Origin: Macrostomum lignano
Taxonomy: Eukaryota
Length of the DNA: 64,000 bases
Assembly: GCA_002269645.1 (NCBI GenBank)
Contig: NIVC01001603.1
Span: 70,528-134,527, forward strand
Direction of reading: 5' to 3'
Below are positions 1 through 13,120 of this stretch, piece after piece. Both the position numbers and the translations under genes were made by a program. Within the stretch, counting starts at the first letter, position 1; each line of letters starts with the position of its first letter. Under the pieces are notes generated by a model. That model saw only the letters and a program-made list of their open reading frames with translations. It made no database searches and was not told where the DNA came from.

Positions 1-142
1 ATAGTTATATAAATACATACATCAGCCTCTGGTCTGCTTCATCCTACTCTAAGCTTGGCATCTATTCATCAATAAAACATCGGCTTCGCTCGGGAGGAGA
101 CTCAGCTCGAGCGCTTCAATCTAAGATTTTGGATTAGCAACC

Positions 143-1131
143 ATGTCGGCGCCGCTAGATTGGGAAAAGCTGCCGCCGAATGTGCCCTGCAATTGCACTA
201 GCTTTGAGATAACGCTATTCAAGCAAGAGGCAATCAGTTTGGGTAATATGAGTCAGCAATGCATCGATTTGTTGCCCTCCTGTAATTACAATCTTGGCAG
301 CAAAGTTCTGCTTGGCTTCATCCTGTCAATAATTGCTTGCGGCACCTTCTTCGGTAACGTGCTGTGGTAGTGATGGCCGTTGCGCTGGTCAAAAAGCTGC
401 AGAATCCATCTAATCTTGCTGATTGTTAGCTTGCATGCAGTGATCTGCTAGTCGGTCTATTAGTACTACCGTTTGCCATCATCTACCAGCTGATGAACTA
501 CTTTCCTTCCCAGAGGAGATTTGCAATTTTTGGACTTCATGCGACGTGCTATTGTGCACTAGCAGCATACTGAACCTGTGCGCTATATCCATCGACCGTT
601 ACCTAGTCATAACCAAGCCGTTTGAGTACGCCGTCAAACGAACTCCAGTTCGAATGGGATTAATGATCGCGGCAGTTTGGCTGCTGAGCGCCTGCATCAG
701 CATACCGCCTCTATTCTCCAGTTGGAAAAACAAATTCAGCGAGGGTCATTGCGGCTATCCAACGAACACGGAGTATCAAGTCTACGCCGTGTTTGTCGCT
801 TTCTACCTGCCCCTGATCATCATGCTAGTTCTCTACGGTAATATATTTAAGCTTGCCAGAAAAAATGGCCAAAGCCGACGAGAAGCAGAAAGTGGTACAC
901 CTACGCCAGGAGGACAAGAATTTAATTGACGAACAGTTGGCGCCTAACAACAATGGCGGCGCTGGCGGCGCGCGACCTTCGGTGCAGAGCGGCGGCACCA
1001 GTCGGAGCGGTGGCGCAAATTCCGCAGTCGCTGCCAAAAAGAAAAGCAGTAGCGACACCAAGGCGATCAAAACTCTTGGAGTGATTATGGGCTGTTTTAC
1101 GCTCTGCTGGTTGCCGTTCTTCATCATGCAG
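143..1131 (+). CDS. HTR7: 5-HT7-like serotonin receptor (class A GPCR), exon 1 (N-terminus to TM6); frame broken by ~5 single-base indels
   Basis: Joining frames gives GNVL-VVMAV...[25 protein letters not shown]...[27 protein letters not shown]...KRTPVRM...[23 protein letters not shown]. Donor CAG|GTGAGG at 1131/1132. Subtype assigned by recalled similarity to invertebrate 5-HT7. Confidence 0.8.
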
Positions 1132-2091
1132 GTGAGGCTGGGTCGGGCTATACTGGTCAAGTTGTCTGTCAGTCTGATTGTGAGATTGGAAAGATGAGTT
1201 TCAATAATAAATAAACTTTACTGTTTGAACCTAAATTGCACCGGTTTGACCTCATAAATCAATCATTTTGAAGCATAAAAATCAACGTCAACTCTAATAG
1301 CTACGTTGGTGTCAACAGAAATCTTGCCTCAACAATTGTGTTGGCATTTATGCAAGGCTAAAACACAAACAGGTTGCTAAATGTACAGTTAACTTTTGCA
1401 CTGCCTTCCCTTTATGTGCTTCTTTCACTAATTTCTCTCTCATGCCAAGCCCCGCTCTGTCTCCATCCACATCATGTCTATGCCCCCTCTAGGCTTGAAC
1501 GAGAGAGAGAGAGAGTTTACCCAAACAAGCCACACTGCACGACCCTCCCACCCAATCCATCTATCTGCACATATAGGCAATGTATTGTATATAATATGTA
1601 TATATATATATATGTATATATATACATACATTTTGGCTGTTCAGGCTAAATTTAGCACAAGAGTCAAAGCGCAACGCTTGTAACTGCTGGGTGGCCTGGC
1701 AACTATTGGGTGTGTTTGGACAAAATTACAGAAAATACTCGTTTGTGTCCAACAATCATTGTCTGGCATATATGGATGCTGTGCATACAGTCACTCGAAC
1801 TGGTTGACAGCGAGTTCAGCATTGCAAGCTGCAAATATTTTACAAAATTATCGAATGTAGCTCTACACAGACTGGGAACTGTACCAATAGTACCAAATTT
1901 GTCAGACTTTGTGATGCCTGACAATAAAACTTGATGTTTCTGACATCCCTCTGACACCAATAGCGACTTACGTGTAAGCACATCACTCGCTGAGATGCTA
2001 AGGTGCCAATTTTAAATGAACTCAAGTGTTAGGAAGCTTTATTCGCACTGTAATTTTTACGTAAATCAGCAGCATTCATTCTCCATTTCAG

Positions 2092-2197
2092 CTGGTGGAG
2101 CTCTGTACAAACCCATCCACGCCGCGTGTGAACAAGCTCGACGTACCGGAACCGATGTACATCAACGAGCACATGTTTGCCATATTCTTATGGCTTG
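2092..2197 (+). CDS. HTR7: 5-HT7-like receptor exon 2 (ECL3 and start of TM7), LVELCTNPSTPRVNKLDVPEPMYINEHMFAIFLWL-G
   Basis: Acceptor ctccatttcag| at 2091, donor G|GTAAGC at 2198. 106 nt, phase 0 in and phase 1 out, matching both neighbouring exons. Confidence 0.85.
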
Positions 2198-3344
2198 GTA
2201 AGCGTGTACACAATGAATAGGGTGTTCGGGTTTGGGGTCGAGTCGCGTTTTGGGTTCGGGGTACAGGGTCCAGGTCGGGTCGGGGTTCGGGGATCAGTGT
2301 TTCGGGTTTGGGGTGAACCCGGAACCCCGAACCCGGAAAAAATGGAAACCCGAGCACCCCAACACAATGTAATGCTAACAGTCGAACTATATATGCGGCA
2401 GCCAAATTCAGAAGTGCCCATCATCACAAAGCATTCAATTATTCGATTTCATAAAGCACCTTTTACAACCGTTGACGCAGCAGCTAGGCAATCTTCTTTG
2501 ACGATAAATTTCTAATTTCATTTCCAAACCAATTTCGACAGCATCTCATCCGGGAGGAAAGCTATAGCTTAACAAAAGCCCAGACTTGATGTCAGCATAC
2601 ATGCTAAAGAAAGAGGAAGAAGATAGGAAGACAACAAGATTCCAGTCGAATTTGCCAAGCCAGTTGAGCACACTGACAGATATAGTTTGCTTAAGAAAAA
2701 TTTCCTTTAGACGGATGAATTGCAACTGGATTTACATGCAGCAATGAAGATCTGCGTGTACTGCAGCTTGGAAACTGTTTGCTTGGTCGACAATAAGCGA
2801 AAGAGTTTCAATCGTGTGTTTGGTTTCCTGGGGCTCTGGTGGGCTGGCAGGCTGAGAATACAAAAAAGCGAACTGATTCAATGCATCCAGCTTGGCTGTG
2901 GGAGCCCTCTCTGCATCACGTTTCCGCTTTTGTTGGCTGCTCTACAAGACAAGTACAACGTGTTGATCGGTCGATTCGGTCCACTGTTTTATAGTAGCAC
3001 ATTACTTGTAATATTAGTAATAAAGCATGTATAGGCTGAACTATATCAAGTTCAAACAGGGCATTTAGACACGAACTGTCAGTTTTACAGCCTACAACAG
3101 ACTGAAATCTAGTTATATATACAAGCATTAATACAAACAGGCCCTTGTGCTCCACGCATGCATGAGAAGTGTTAGTTGCCATAATGAAGATTAAAATTGT
3201 TTGCACCGAGGAGAGCGACTCTGGCGCGTTTTCTACAGGGTGGCTAAAGCAAATAAGAAAGAAGGCGTGAATTGTAAACTTTGTTGACAGATTTTGTGAC
3301 GGTGGGAGGTGAAAGCTGCTTTGTAAAAATAAGGGTTCAAAAAG

Positions 3345-3785
3345 AGGGGAGAGTAGAAAAGAGAGAGAGTGAGAGGGATAGACGGGGAGAGAAAGGAAGA
3401 GACTAAGAGGGAGAGGGAGAGACTGAGAGGGAGAAGGATAGAGTAAGACGCAGAGGGAGAGACTGAGAGGGAGAGGAAGAGACTGAGAGGGAGAGGGTGG
3501 GAGGGAGAGGAAGAGACTGACAGGGAGAGGGTGGGAGGGAGAGGAAGAGACTGAGATGGAGAGGGTAGGAGGGAGAGGGAGGGACTGAGATGGAGAGGGT
3601 GGGAGGGAGAGGAAGAGACTGAGATGGAGTGGGTAGGAGGGAGAGGAAGAGACTCAGTGAGAGAGTGAGAGGGAGAGAATGAGAGGGAGAGTGAGAGACT
3701 GAGACGGGGAGGGAAAGACTGAGGGAGAGAGAGACTGAGAAGCAGAGGGAGAGAGAGAGAGAGAGATAGGTAGAGAAAGAGACAG
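3345..3785. repeat. GA-rich low-complexity / degenerate GAGAGGAAGAGACTGA repeat
   Basis: Purine-rich tract with recurring gagactgagagggag motifs. Confidence 0.85.
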
Positions 3786-4570
3786 GGTAAGATGAGCTCA
3801 GGGCATGCAAAAAATGAAAGGTCACACGGGCTTCAAGAAGATATGAAGGTTAATGAGAGAGAATGTCAAATTCCTGGATAAAGCTGATTAATAGGCAAAA
3901 GTTAAGAGTTGCAATGAACTAATGAACTCCAATGGAAATATTTCAAAATTTGAGTGCAATCGTAAAAAATTATTGATTTTTTGAGAACAGAAAATTCCGT
4001 TTTAGGTAGGCCACTAATGAATGCGATCTGTCTTACTGCGTGAGTGGATAGAGTGCAAATCAATACAGAATGATTCAGACAGCCCGGCAGACACACTAAT
4101 AATAGCTAGGAAGTCTGTGCATGGAGAAAATGACGTCCATAAATAATGATGAGCATCTTTATTGATTTTTCCCCACAGGCATGCATCAAACAGTGATGGT
4201 CGAACTAGTGAAAAAATAGTAGAATATATATAAGGACTTCCTCTTGCTATGCGCATACCCGTAGTATATGCATATATTGAAGTGGCTCCTACTGCCACTC
4301 ACTATATACCCTCAGCTAATATAAAAGTGGATTCTTTAGCCACCCCAACGTTTCCCTTCTCTTTTTTTCTCGTTTCCCGACGCAATAATCTTCCAGTCCA
4401 GCCACCAAATTTCTCCCATCTAATCTTAATAGTATATACAATAATACAGTTAAACAGTCGCGGATGATTGAACCGGTTTTCCTAGAAAATGCTGGCTCAA
4501 GAAAAGTCTGTTGTATGGAGAAAATATAAATACGGAACAAAACTTACATTCGATTATTATTATTATAAAG

Positions 4571-4932
4571 GGGGCCGTAGCCCAGCGGTAGCGCAGCTGC
4601 TCTGGTGTGCCAGCGACCCAGGCTCGATTCCAAGTGCAGTCACATTAATTTGGGGCTGAATTGGAATCTCGGCTTGGCTCTGCTTGTGCAATTAACGGCC
4701 TTGAGAGCCAACCCCCTAAGGCGCAGTGAAGTGTACATGCCTAACGATGATATAAAGTTAGGGCCGCTGTACACTCCTGTGTGAGTGTGTGCCTGCGTAC
4801 GTATCCGCGCGCTTGTATGCCTGCTCAGGGGAGTCGGCGGAATGGGCAGTAATGCCTCTCGCCGGTTGTGTGCTTATGTCGCTTAAAGTGCGCCAGGGTG
4901 CACACAACCCCCCCTGCCTCTAATAAAAAAAA
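4571..4932 (+). mobile_element. tRNA-derived SINE (family A), apparently full length with TSD
   Basis: A box TAGCCCAGCGG, B box GGCTCGATTCC, A-rich tail. TACATTCGATTATT on both sides (4545-4558 and 4933-4946). Confidence 0.75.
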
Positions 4933-6389
4933 TACATTCGATTATTTAGTTTATTTACTTTTTATATAAATATTACTTTAGCCTACTGCAAAATGGTTTT
5001 CAACAAGAATAAACTCTTTATCGACTCCATGGAAACCGGTTAAATATAAGCCATATTTCAAAGATCGAATAAAGCTGTTAGAACTTTACGTTTAAAAAGT
5101 CAGTTAAAACAAATTCACTGCTTTCTATCTCTGTCTCACTTTGTCTGAAGTGAGACAGAGACATCTAAAAAATGTCAAAGCAAAATTACTCAGCTTTGTA
5201 ATTTGGCTTTGTTTGTTCAGATAATCCCCATTTCTACAGCTAAATAACACGTTAAAACGTTTTGGGAGACTTCATGGTAGCTTAAAATTGAATGATCCGG
5301 CCAACTTAAAAAAAATATTTCATTAGTGTAGTTTAGGAAATTCAATGACTTAAAGATAGCGTTCTTCAACAGACTTTTTTCTACTTTGTGGTCATTATTC
5401 CCGTACACCCGTACTTGCCAGTGAATTTCTCTGTAACAATATTGTCCTAAAATAACTATTTATTGCGAGAAAATATTTAATAATGCAAATTAATTACCTA
5501 ATTACCCATATTACCCACCTCGATTACGTATCAAATCGCACTACAGAGCTGTGACGTAATACTTTGTTTGAATAGACACTCAAACAAGTGCCTTTAAACG
5601 CATAAGATGAATAGAAAAATTCTATCATTTCATAAATACAGTGCAAAGATAAATTATTAGTTTATTTATTTTAAGTTTGACCCAATGTTTAACAAAAAAG
5701 AGCGTTAAGCGATAAGTTAATAACAACCCCAATAGCGACGTCTTTACCACAAGTTGAAGTGCTTCATGGGTTCCCTGAATCGCGTCCTGGTCGTTTAGTG
5801 CTCGTGAAACTCAGCGAACATATCCAGTTTCACGAAGTCACAACCTTACTAAGGCATCGATTATAGAAGTCGAAATTAATGGAATTCTTGTCGCGGTAGC
5901 ACCTGTGTGGTGCCTCGAGCTAGAGAAATCCATTTTGTACAATTCTTCATTGCACTCGTGCGCTCCCGTCAGCAGGATGTTAAAAAAGAATTTCTCTCCC
6001 GGCGTACCACACTGACTGTCTCTCGCACTGCACGCAACGTCCATAATCCCCTAGCCTTAGAGTTGTCAACACGTGTTGACAGTTTGAATCCATCCACGCA
6101 ATCTAACCTTCTTCTGGGGCAGCAGCTGCGACGCATCTGCGTCTGCACTGGATGCGTGCCCGACTAAGGCGGCCTTGAACCAGAATCTGGAGTAACAAAT
6201 CCCCCCCCCCGAGGCACTCATTTTCAATGCACCATGAGGCTGGCAGCAGTCTGTTCGGTTTGCAACTCAACAGATTGAAGCCGGGTTTCTGCGTCATGCC
6301 TGTTTTAATGTTGCTGTGGCTTTTGTTTGATGGCATTTTATTAGTTTTCAGCAGCTCACTTTTGATCATTGGATTTCAATAATAATAGT

Positions 6390-6730
6390 CTATCCGTCTA
6401 CCTCCTCCTTTTACATCTCTCCCATCACTCTCCGTCTCTCCCCTCTCCCCCTCCGCTTCTCCCCTTTCCTTTCCGTTTCTCTCTACTCTCCCTCCGTCTC
6501 TCCCTCTCCCCCTCTGCCTCTCTGCTCTCCCCCTCTGCCTCTCCCCTCTCCCCTCTGCCTCTCTACTCTCCCCCTCTGCCTCTCCCCTCTCCCCTCTGCC
6601 CCTCTCCTCTCCCCTCTGCCTCTCCCCTCTCTGTCTCTCCCCTCTCCCCCTCCGTCTGTCCCTTTCGCCCTCTATCTCTTTCTCCCCTCCATCTCTCCCC
6701 CTTCGTCTCTCCCCTCTCCCTCTTCGTATC
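6390..6730. repeat. CT-rich low-complexity tract
   Basis: Recurring ctctcccctctgc motifs. Confidence 0.85.
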
Positions 6731-7599
6731 TCTAAGAATGATTTATTGATCATGCTTGGACCCAACCTGAACAGATGGCAGGCTGATAACTTATCCTGTC
6801 TAGTCAATGAGACACTTTGCGTTGGGAAGAGAGAGAGAAGCACCGATCCAGCAGCAGCTGCATGGCACGCCTCAGTTTCTAACAAAGTTAAGGCAAGTTC
6901 CGCAGCGGCCTCTGCTCTCAGGCAGCTGATCCATGCGCCAAAGCGGAACGTCCCATCGTGCATAAACTACGTGGGAGGAAATACATTAGATTAGGGAAGA
7001 CATGCAGCTTTTAAGCTTCTAGCTCAAGGGCTTACAAGGGAGCTGGGGGGAGAGACGGAATCCCGTCAAAGGCAGTCATGGAGTATTAAATAGGTAGTCT
7101 ACTACTAAACTACTACAACCAGCCTGACCAAGCCAAGTATAGCTAATAATGTCCGTTATGAACTGGGGTTAAACTCCCAACAACCGCTAATAAAGCGTGT
7201 AAAAAACGAATATTTAGACAGCTAGCGCTCTTAAGAGGCTGAGTTCTTCATCCTATTGTCATTTGGCTCTCTGATCCCGCCTGTAATCGTAACTGACGTT
7301 TCGGTATTTCTGGATGTAATAAATGTACACTCAAGGTTTCCATCTCGAAACCAGGAGGTCAACAAGTGGCCAGCTTTAGTCCAACTCTACCTATAATTCT
7401 CTCCAGTCTCTCCTCACCAGCCTAAGCTGCATCACCCATGGCTGAGCTAAGAACCTCGGGCGCAGTGTGAATTCGCAAAAAATCACAATTTTGACTTCTT
7501 TATAAACGGTTGTAAAATCCTTCTGGAAATTACGTACTTATCCTTCTTCTTCTCAGAATAGGGGCTCGAAATCCGCTTTTATTTTGCAATTCTTTTACT

Positions 7600-8110
7600 C
7601 TTTCCGAGGCTGATTTTAACAGGCGTTAAAAAGCCGATTTCTAACAATAAGGCCGATAAGCATTAAAGGTCGATTTCTTAGAAGTTTAACGGCCGATTTC
7701 TTACAATAATTGAAGGCAGCTTTTTTAGAATTATTGAAGGCTGATTTCTTAGAAGGTATTGAAGGCCGATTTTTTTAAAGTATGGAATGCTGATTTCTTA
7801 GAATTATTAAAGGCCGATCGTTTAAAAGTATTTAAGTCCGATTTCTTAAAATATTTGAAGGCAGATTTCTTGGAAGTATTGAAGGCCAATTTCTTAGTAG
7901 TATTAAATACTAATTTCTTATAATTATTGAAGGCCGATCTTCTGAAAACATTGAGGGCGGATTTCTTAGGTATTGAAGGCCGATTTCTTAGAAATATTGA
8001 AGACTGATTTCTTAGACGGTATTGAAGGCTGATTTCTTAAAACATTGAAGGCCGTTTTCTTAGAAACAGTAGAAGCCAATTTCTAAGAATTGAAGGCCGA
8101 TTTCTTAGAA
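7600..8110. repeat. Degenerate ~30-33-bp minisatellite (ATTGAAGGCCGATTTCTTAGAA core)
   Basis: About 15 recurrences of (a)ggccgatttctta, ending just upstream of the exon 3 acceptor. Confidence 0.8.
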
Positions 8111-8137
8111 GTTACCTTCACCAACTTTTACCCGCAG

Positions 8138-8412
8138 GCTACGTGAATTCGTTTCTCAACCCAATTATCTACGCCAAGTTTAATCGCGACTTCCGCATGC
8201 CATTCAAGCACATCCTGCTTTGTCACTGCCGCTCTATCAACAACCGACTCAGGGCTGAGCAGTACGCAGAGCAGTACGGCCTGACTGGAAACAGTCGCAA
8301 GGCCTCCTCCGCTGCCACCAGTGCCGGTCGCTTGCAGCGGCGTCGCAGCTCCGACGCGAATGCCCGGCGGGCGAGGCACAACCTGGACAATGGGGCTGAG
8401 CATGCCATGTAA
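8138..8412 (+). CDS. HTR7: 5-HT7-like receptor exon 3 (TM7 NPIIY, helix 8, C-tail)
   Basis: Acceptor ttttacccgcag| at 8137. Reads G-YVNSFLNPIIYAKFNRDFRMPFKHILLCHCRSINNRLRAEQYAEQYG...TAA. Confidence 0.88.
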
Positions 8413-8534
8413 CCTGGGAATTCGTTCGAGAATTCTAAATTCGAAAATTTACTCGAGGAGGTCAGCTGATCCCAAGCAAACAGCTGAGAATTGAGTGTGA
8501 TTTGCTAGGCCATCAAATTATCTACTTCATCCGT

Positions 8535-8709
8535 TAGTTGTCACCTGTTAACTGGCAGAATTTCATTTGTCCGCTGGGTGAACTGAAACAATTCAGAATT
8601 AAGTGTCCTACTCAAGGACACTACAAATTGTTCCGAGCTGTGAGTGGAGAATCGAACCCGCGACCTTTCAGTTTTGAGTCCGACGCTCTAACCACTAGGC
8701 TACAACCTC
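8535..8709 (-). mobile_element. tRNA-derived CORE-like SINE (family B), partial
   Basis: Reverse complement reads GAGGTTGTAGCCTAGTGGTTAGAGCG...GGTTCGATTC...GTGTCCTTGAGTAGGACACTTAA...CAGTTCACCCAGC. Confidence 0.75.
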
Positions 8710-10121
8710 AGTTAGGGCTAACAATTATAACGCTATTCAAAGGCACCTCGAAGCCGTTAGAATTCACGTTTTCGAAGATGGTAGCAAAAAATGATTTAAA
8801 AAACAAACAAAAGTGACTCATAAACTTTTTGAACCCGTGCAGTTTTCCTAGAAATTTCACGTCAGGCCTTTTTGACAGGGTTTTATCCAGCAACCATCAC
8901 GGAATCAACTAACTAGTGCAAGTTCATTTTTCAGTTCTTTTTTTCGGTCCTGCCGTAGCAGATAAATGTATTAATAATAGTTCTTATTTTCCTAACTAAG
9001 CAGCTTGCTTTTAAAACCGTAAATAATATTGTTGATGACAAGTTTTTGTCTCCGTGGAAGAGACGTGACCTGATAGAATGAATGATAATTATTAATTATA
9101 ATCTTCCTGTAAATATTTTGACTCTTGACGCACAATCAAAAACGAAGTAACCGTTTTTAATTTATGCTTGCTGTCAGTCTTTTTTTTCAAAGGAAATTTC
9201 ATTCGATTCGTTTGATTTATACTATGCTAGTGTAACTGCACAACATGGCTTTAAATTGCTTTTTGGCTTCAACTATTCTTGTAATTTTTATTCTTTAAAC
9301 AAACTATATATTAACTTTATTTGCTAACTTTATTGTTCAGCTTAAAACAAAACAATGGCTTAACACGTACACAAAATTGTAGACCTAATCGTCTGTGATA
9401 AATTCCATCGCTTGAGTGCACTCGTTTTTTGAGCAGGGTGCACCCATCCCAACATCAGTACGCATCAATCGTAGTGCTTGTATATCATGTTTGTAAAATT
9501 ATTATTTACTTTACATAATAATAGTAACAAATAAATATATTTACAAGACTTATTTGTGCGCTTAAATGCTTTGTCATTATAGGCAAACCGTCATTGGCTT
9601 TGGTAGAGTTCGATATGACATTAACAAAAATTGACTTTCTGATTATTTGCATTTAATTCTTTAAACAGGTATAATTTAGTTCTGTCTTATACGCAGCTTC
9701 AGCTGATAAATACATGTATTAGATAAAATGCAATTAAAATACGTTTGACAAAGTAATTTACACAACATATCGGCAGTTGATTCATACAGGCAAATCCTAA
9801 GTTACCTAATGTATTTTAACTTTACAAATCGATAGTCAAATTTACTTGGAAACGAAAATGCCTTCGAGAATTTAACTGATATTATTAATACATATCGGAT
9901 GCTGACTCATTTAACCTACCCACAGAAGTTAATGCAATTAGACAATTAACAAAGTTGTCAATGGATTGACTCATTTACTCTACGCACAGAAGGTAATGTA
10001 TTTCGACAATTATCAAAGTTACATTTCGATACATATCGGATGGATTGACTCATTTACTCTACGCATAGAAGGCCATTGATTTAAACAATTAAAAAAGTTA
10101 CTTTTCGATACATATCGCCAA

Positions 10122-10650
10122 CTATGCATACACTCGAATCGCTTGTAAACCTTGACCAACGGTTAGCAGAGTGAAATCTTGTTCCCCATCAACTCCAGTG
10201 TCAGTCACGAGCAGCATCAGCCGTTGGGGATCAGTCAGTGCCAGCCGGCACTCGGCAAGACAGTCAACCCTGTCACCATCTGTTTCCTGGAATAGCCAAA
10301 CTCGAACGCAACAATCGGCGCCTAAACTGACCAGCCGCCGGGTTGAAGCGGAGGCAGCAGCCGGAACCGGTGCCACAGACAGAGTCGACGCGGAATGACC
10401 AACCGAAGACTGCAAAACCTTGGCAGCTTCGCCTGTAGTTGCAGAAAACCTGCAGACACCGACTAGTCCGCTGTCCAAGGCTAGGAACAGCAGGCTGTCA
10501 CAACCCGGCTGGCAGACGTCGTTAATGCTGCAGGACAGCCGAACTACTAGCTGAGTGGTCACTGAGCTGACTGACAGATTGGCACTGTTGATTGAACAGG
10601 ACAGCCATAGCAGTGCGCCATCAGATGCCGAGCATGCAAACCTGTGATCG
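10122..10650 (-). CDS. WDR6: Duplicated copy of the WDR6 terminal exon
   Basis: Same translation as 13717-14245 and carries the same acceptor. Confidence 0.6.
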
Positions 10651-10729
10651 CTTAGGATTGACGGCCTGCCAATGGAGTAAAAAGGCACTCTCTATGCGAT
10701 ATTGTGACTGGGAGCTCCCTGATCCCAAT

Positions 10730-13120
10730 TTGGGATTTGAGAATCACGAAGCAAAACATTGCGATTTTAGTATCCCGAATGCTTTAATATCGGGATTTGA
10801 GGATCCTGATGCTTCAATACTGGGATTTGAGGATCCTGATGCTTTAATACTAGGATTTGAGGATCCTGATGCTTTAATACTGGGATTTGAGGATCCTGAT
10901 GCTTCAATATTTGGATTTGAGGATCCTGATGCTTTAATACTGGGATTTGAGGATCCTGATGCTTTAACACTAGGATTTGAGGATCCTGATGCTTTAATAT
11001 TGGGATTTGAGGATCCTGATGCTTTAATACTGGGATTTGAGGATCCTGATGCTTTAATACTGGGATTTGAGGATCCTGATGCTTTAATACTGGGATTTGA
11101 GGATCCTGATGCTTTAATACTGGAATTTGAGGATCCTGATGCTTCAATATTGGGATTTGAGGATCCTGATGCTTTAATACTAGGATTTGAGGATCTTGAT
11201 GCTTCAATATTGGGATTTGAGGATCCTGATGCTTCAATACTGGGATTTGAGGATCCTGATGCTTTAATATTGGGATTTGAGGATCCTGATGCTTCAATAC
11301 TGGGATTTGAGGATCCTGATGCTTCAATACTGGGATTTGAGGATCCTGGTGCTTCAATATTGGGATTTGAGGATCCTGATGCTTTAATACTGGGATTTGA
11401 GGATCCTGATGCTTTAATATTGGGATTTGAGGATCCTGATGCTTTAATACTGGGATTTTAGTATCCGAATGCTTTAATATTGGGATTTGAGGATCCTGAT
11501 GCTTCAATACTAGGATTTGAGGATCCCGAATGCTTTAATACTGGGATTTGAGGATCCTGATGTTTCAATACTGGGATTTGAGGATCCTGATGCTATAATA
11601 CTGGGATTTGAGGATCCTGATGCTTTAATATTGAGATTTGAGGATCCTGATGCTTCAATACTGGGATTTGAGGATCCTGATGCTTTAATATTGGGATTTC
11701 AGGATCCCGATGCTTTAATACTACGATTTGAGGATCCTGAAGCTTTAATACTGGAATTTGAGGATCCTGATGCTTCAATATTGGGATTTGAGGATCCTGA
11801 TGCTTCAATACTGGGATTTGAGGATCCTGATGCTTCAATACTGGGATTTGAGGATCCTGATGCTTTAATACTGGGATTTGAGGATCCTGATGCTTTAATA
11901 TTGGGATTTGAGGATCCTGATGCTTTAATACTGGGATTTTAGTATCCGAATGCTTTAATATTGGGATTTGAGGATCCTGATGCTTCAATACTGGGATTTG
12001 AGGATCCTGATACTTTAATATTTGGATTTGAGGAATTCAGAGTATCAATATTGGGATTTGAGGATCCCAGAGTATCAATATTGTGATTTGAAGATCCCGA
12101 TGCTTCAATACTGGGATTTGAGGATCCCGATGCTTCAATATTGGGATTTGAGGATCCCAGAGTATCAATATTGTGATTTGAGGATCCCGATGCTTCAATA
12201 CTGGGATTTGAGGATCCCAGAGTATCAATATTGTGATTTGAGGATCCCGATGCTTCAATACTGGGATTTGAGGATCCCGATGCTTCAATATTGGGATTTG
12301 AGGATCCTGATGCTTCAATACTGGGATTTGAGGATCCTGATGCTTCAATACTGGGATTTGAGGATCCTGATGCTTTAATATTGAGATTTGAGGATCTCAG
12401 AGTATCAATATTGGGATATGAGGATCTCAGAGTATCAATATTGTGATTTGAGGATCCCGATGCTTCAATACTGGGATTTGAGGATCCCGATGCTTCAATA
12501 TTGGGATTTGAGGATCCTGATGCTTTAATACTGGGATTTGAGGATCCTGATGCTTCAATACTGGGATTTGAGGATCCTGATGCTTTAATATTGAGATTTG
12601 AGGATCTCAGAGTATCAATATTGGGATATGAGGATCTCAGAGTATCAATATTGGGATATGAGGATCTCAGAGTATCAATATTGGGATTTGAGGATCTCAG
12701 AGTATCAATATTGGGATTTGGGGATCTCAGAGTATCAATATTGGGATTTGAGGATCCTGATGCTTCAATACTGGGATTTGAGGATCCTGATGCTTTAATA
12801 CTGGGATTTGAGGATCCTGGTGCTTCAATATTGGGATTTGAGGATCCTGATGCTTCAATACTGGGATTTGAGGATCCTGATGCTTTAATACTGGGATTTG
12901 AGGATCCTGGTGCTTCAATATTGGGATTTGAGGATCCTGATGCTTTAATACTGGGATTTGAGGATCCTGGTGGTTCAATATTGGGATTTGAGGATCCTGA
13001 TGCTTCAATACTGGGATTTGAGGATCCTGATGCTTCAATACTGGGATTTGAGGATCCTGGTGCTTCAATACTGGGATTTGAGGATCCTGATGCTTTAATA
13101 TTGGGATTTGAGGATCCTGA
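10730..13120. repeat. 30-bp minisatellite GGGATTTGAGGATCCTGATGCTT(T/C)AATA(C/T)T, ~80 copies
   Basis: Clear 30-nt period; BamHI site in most units. Confidence 0.95.

Noticed and set aside
6064-6081. Perfect 18-bp palindrome TGTCAACACGTGTTGACA (E-box core)
   Set aside because: Single occurrence with no supporting context.
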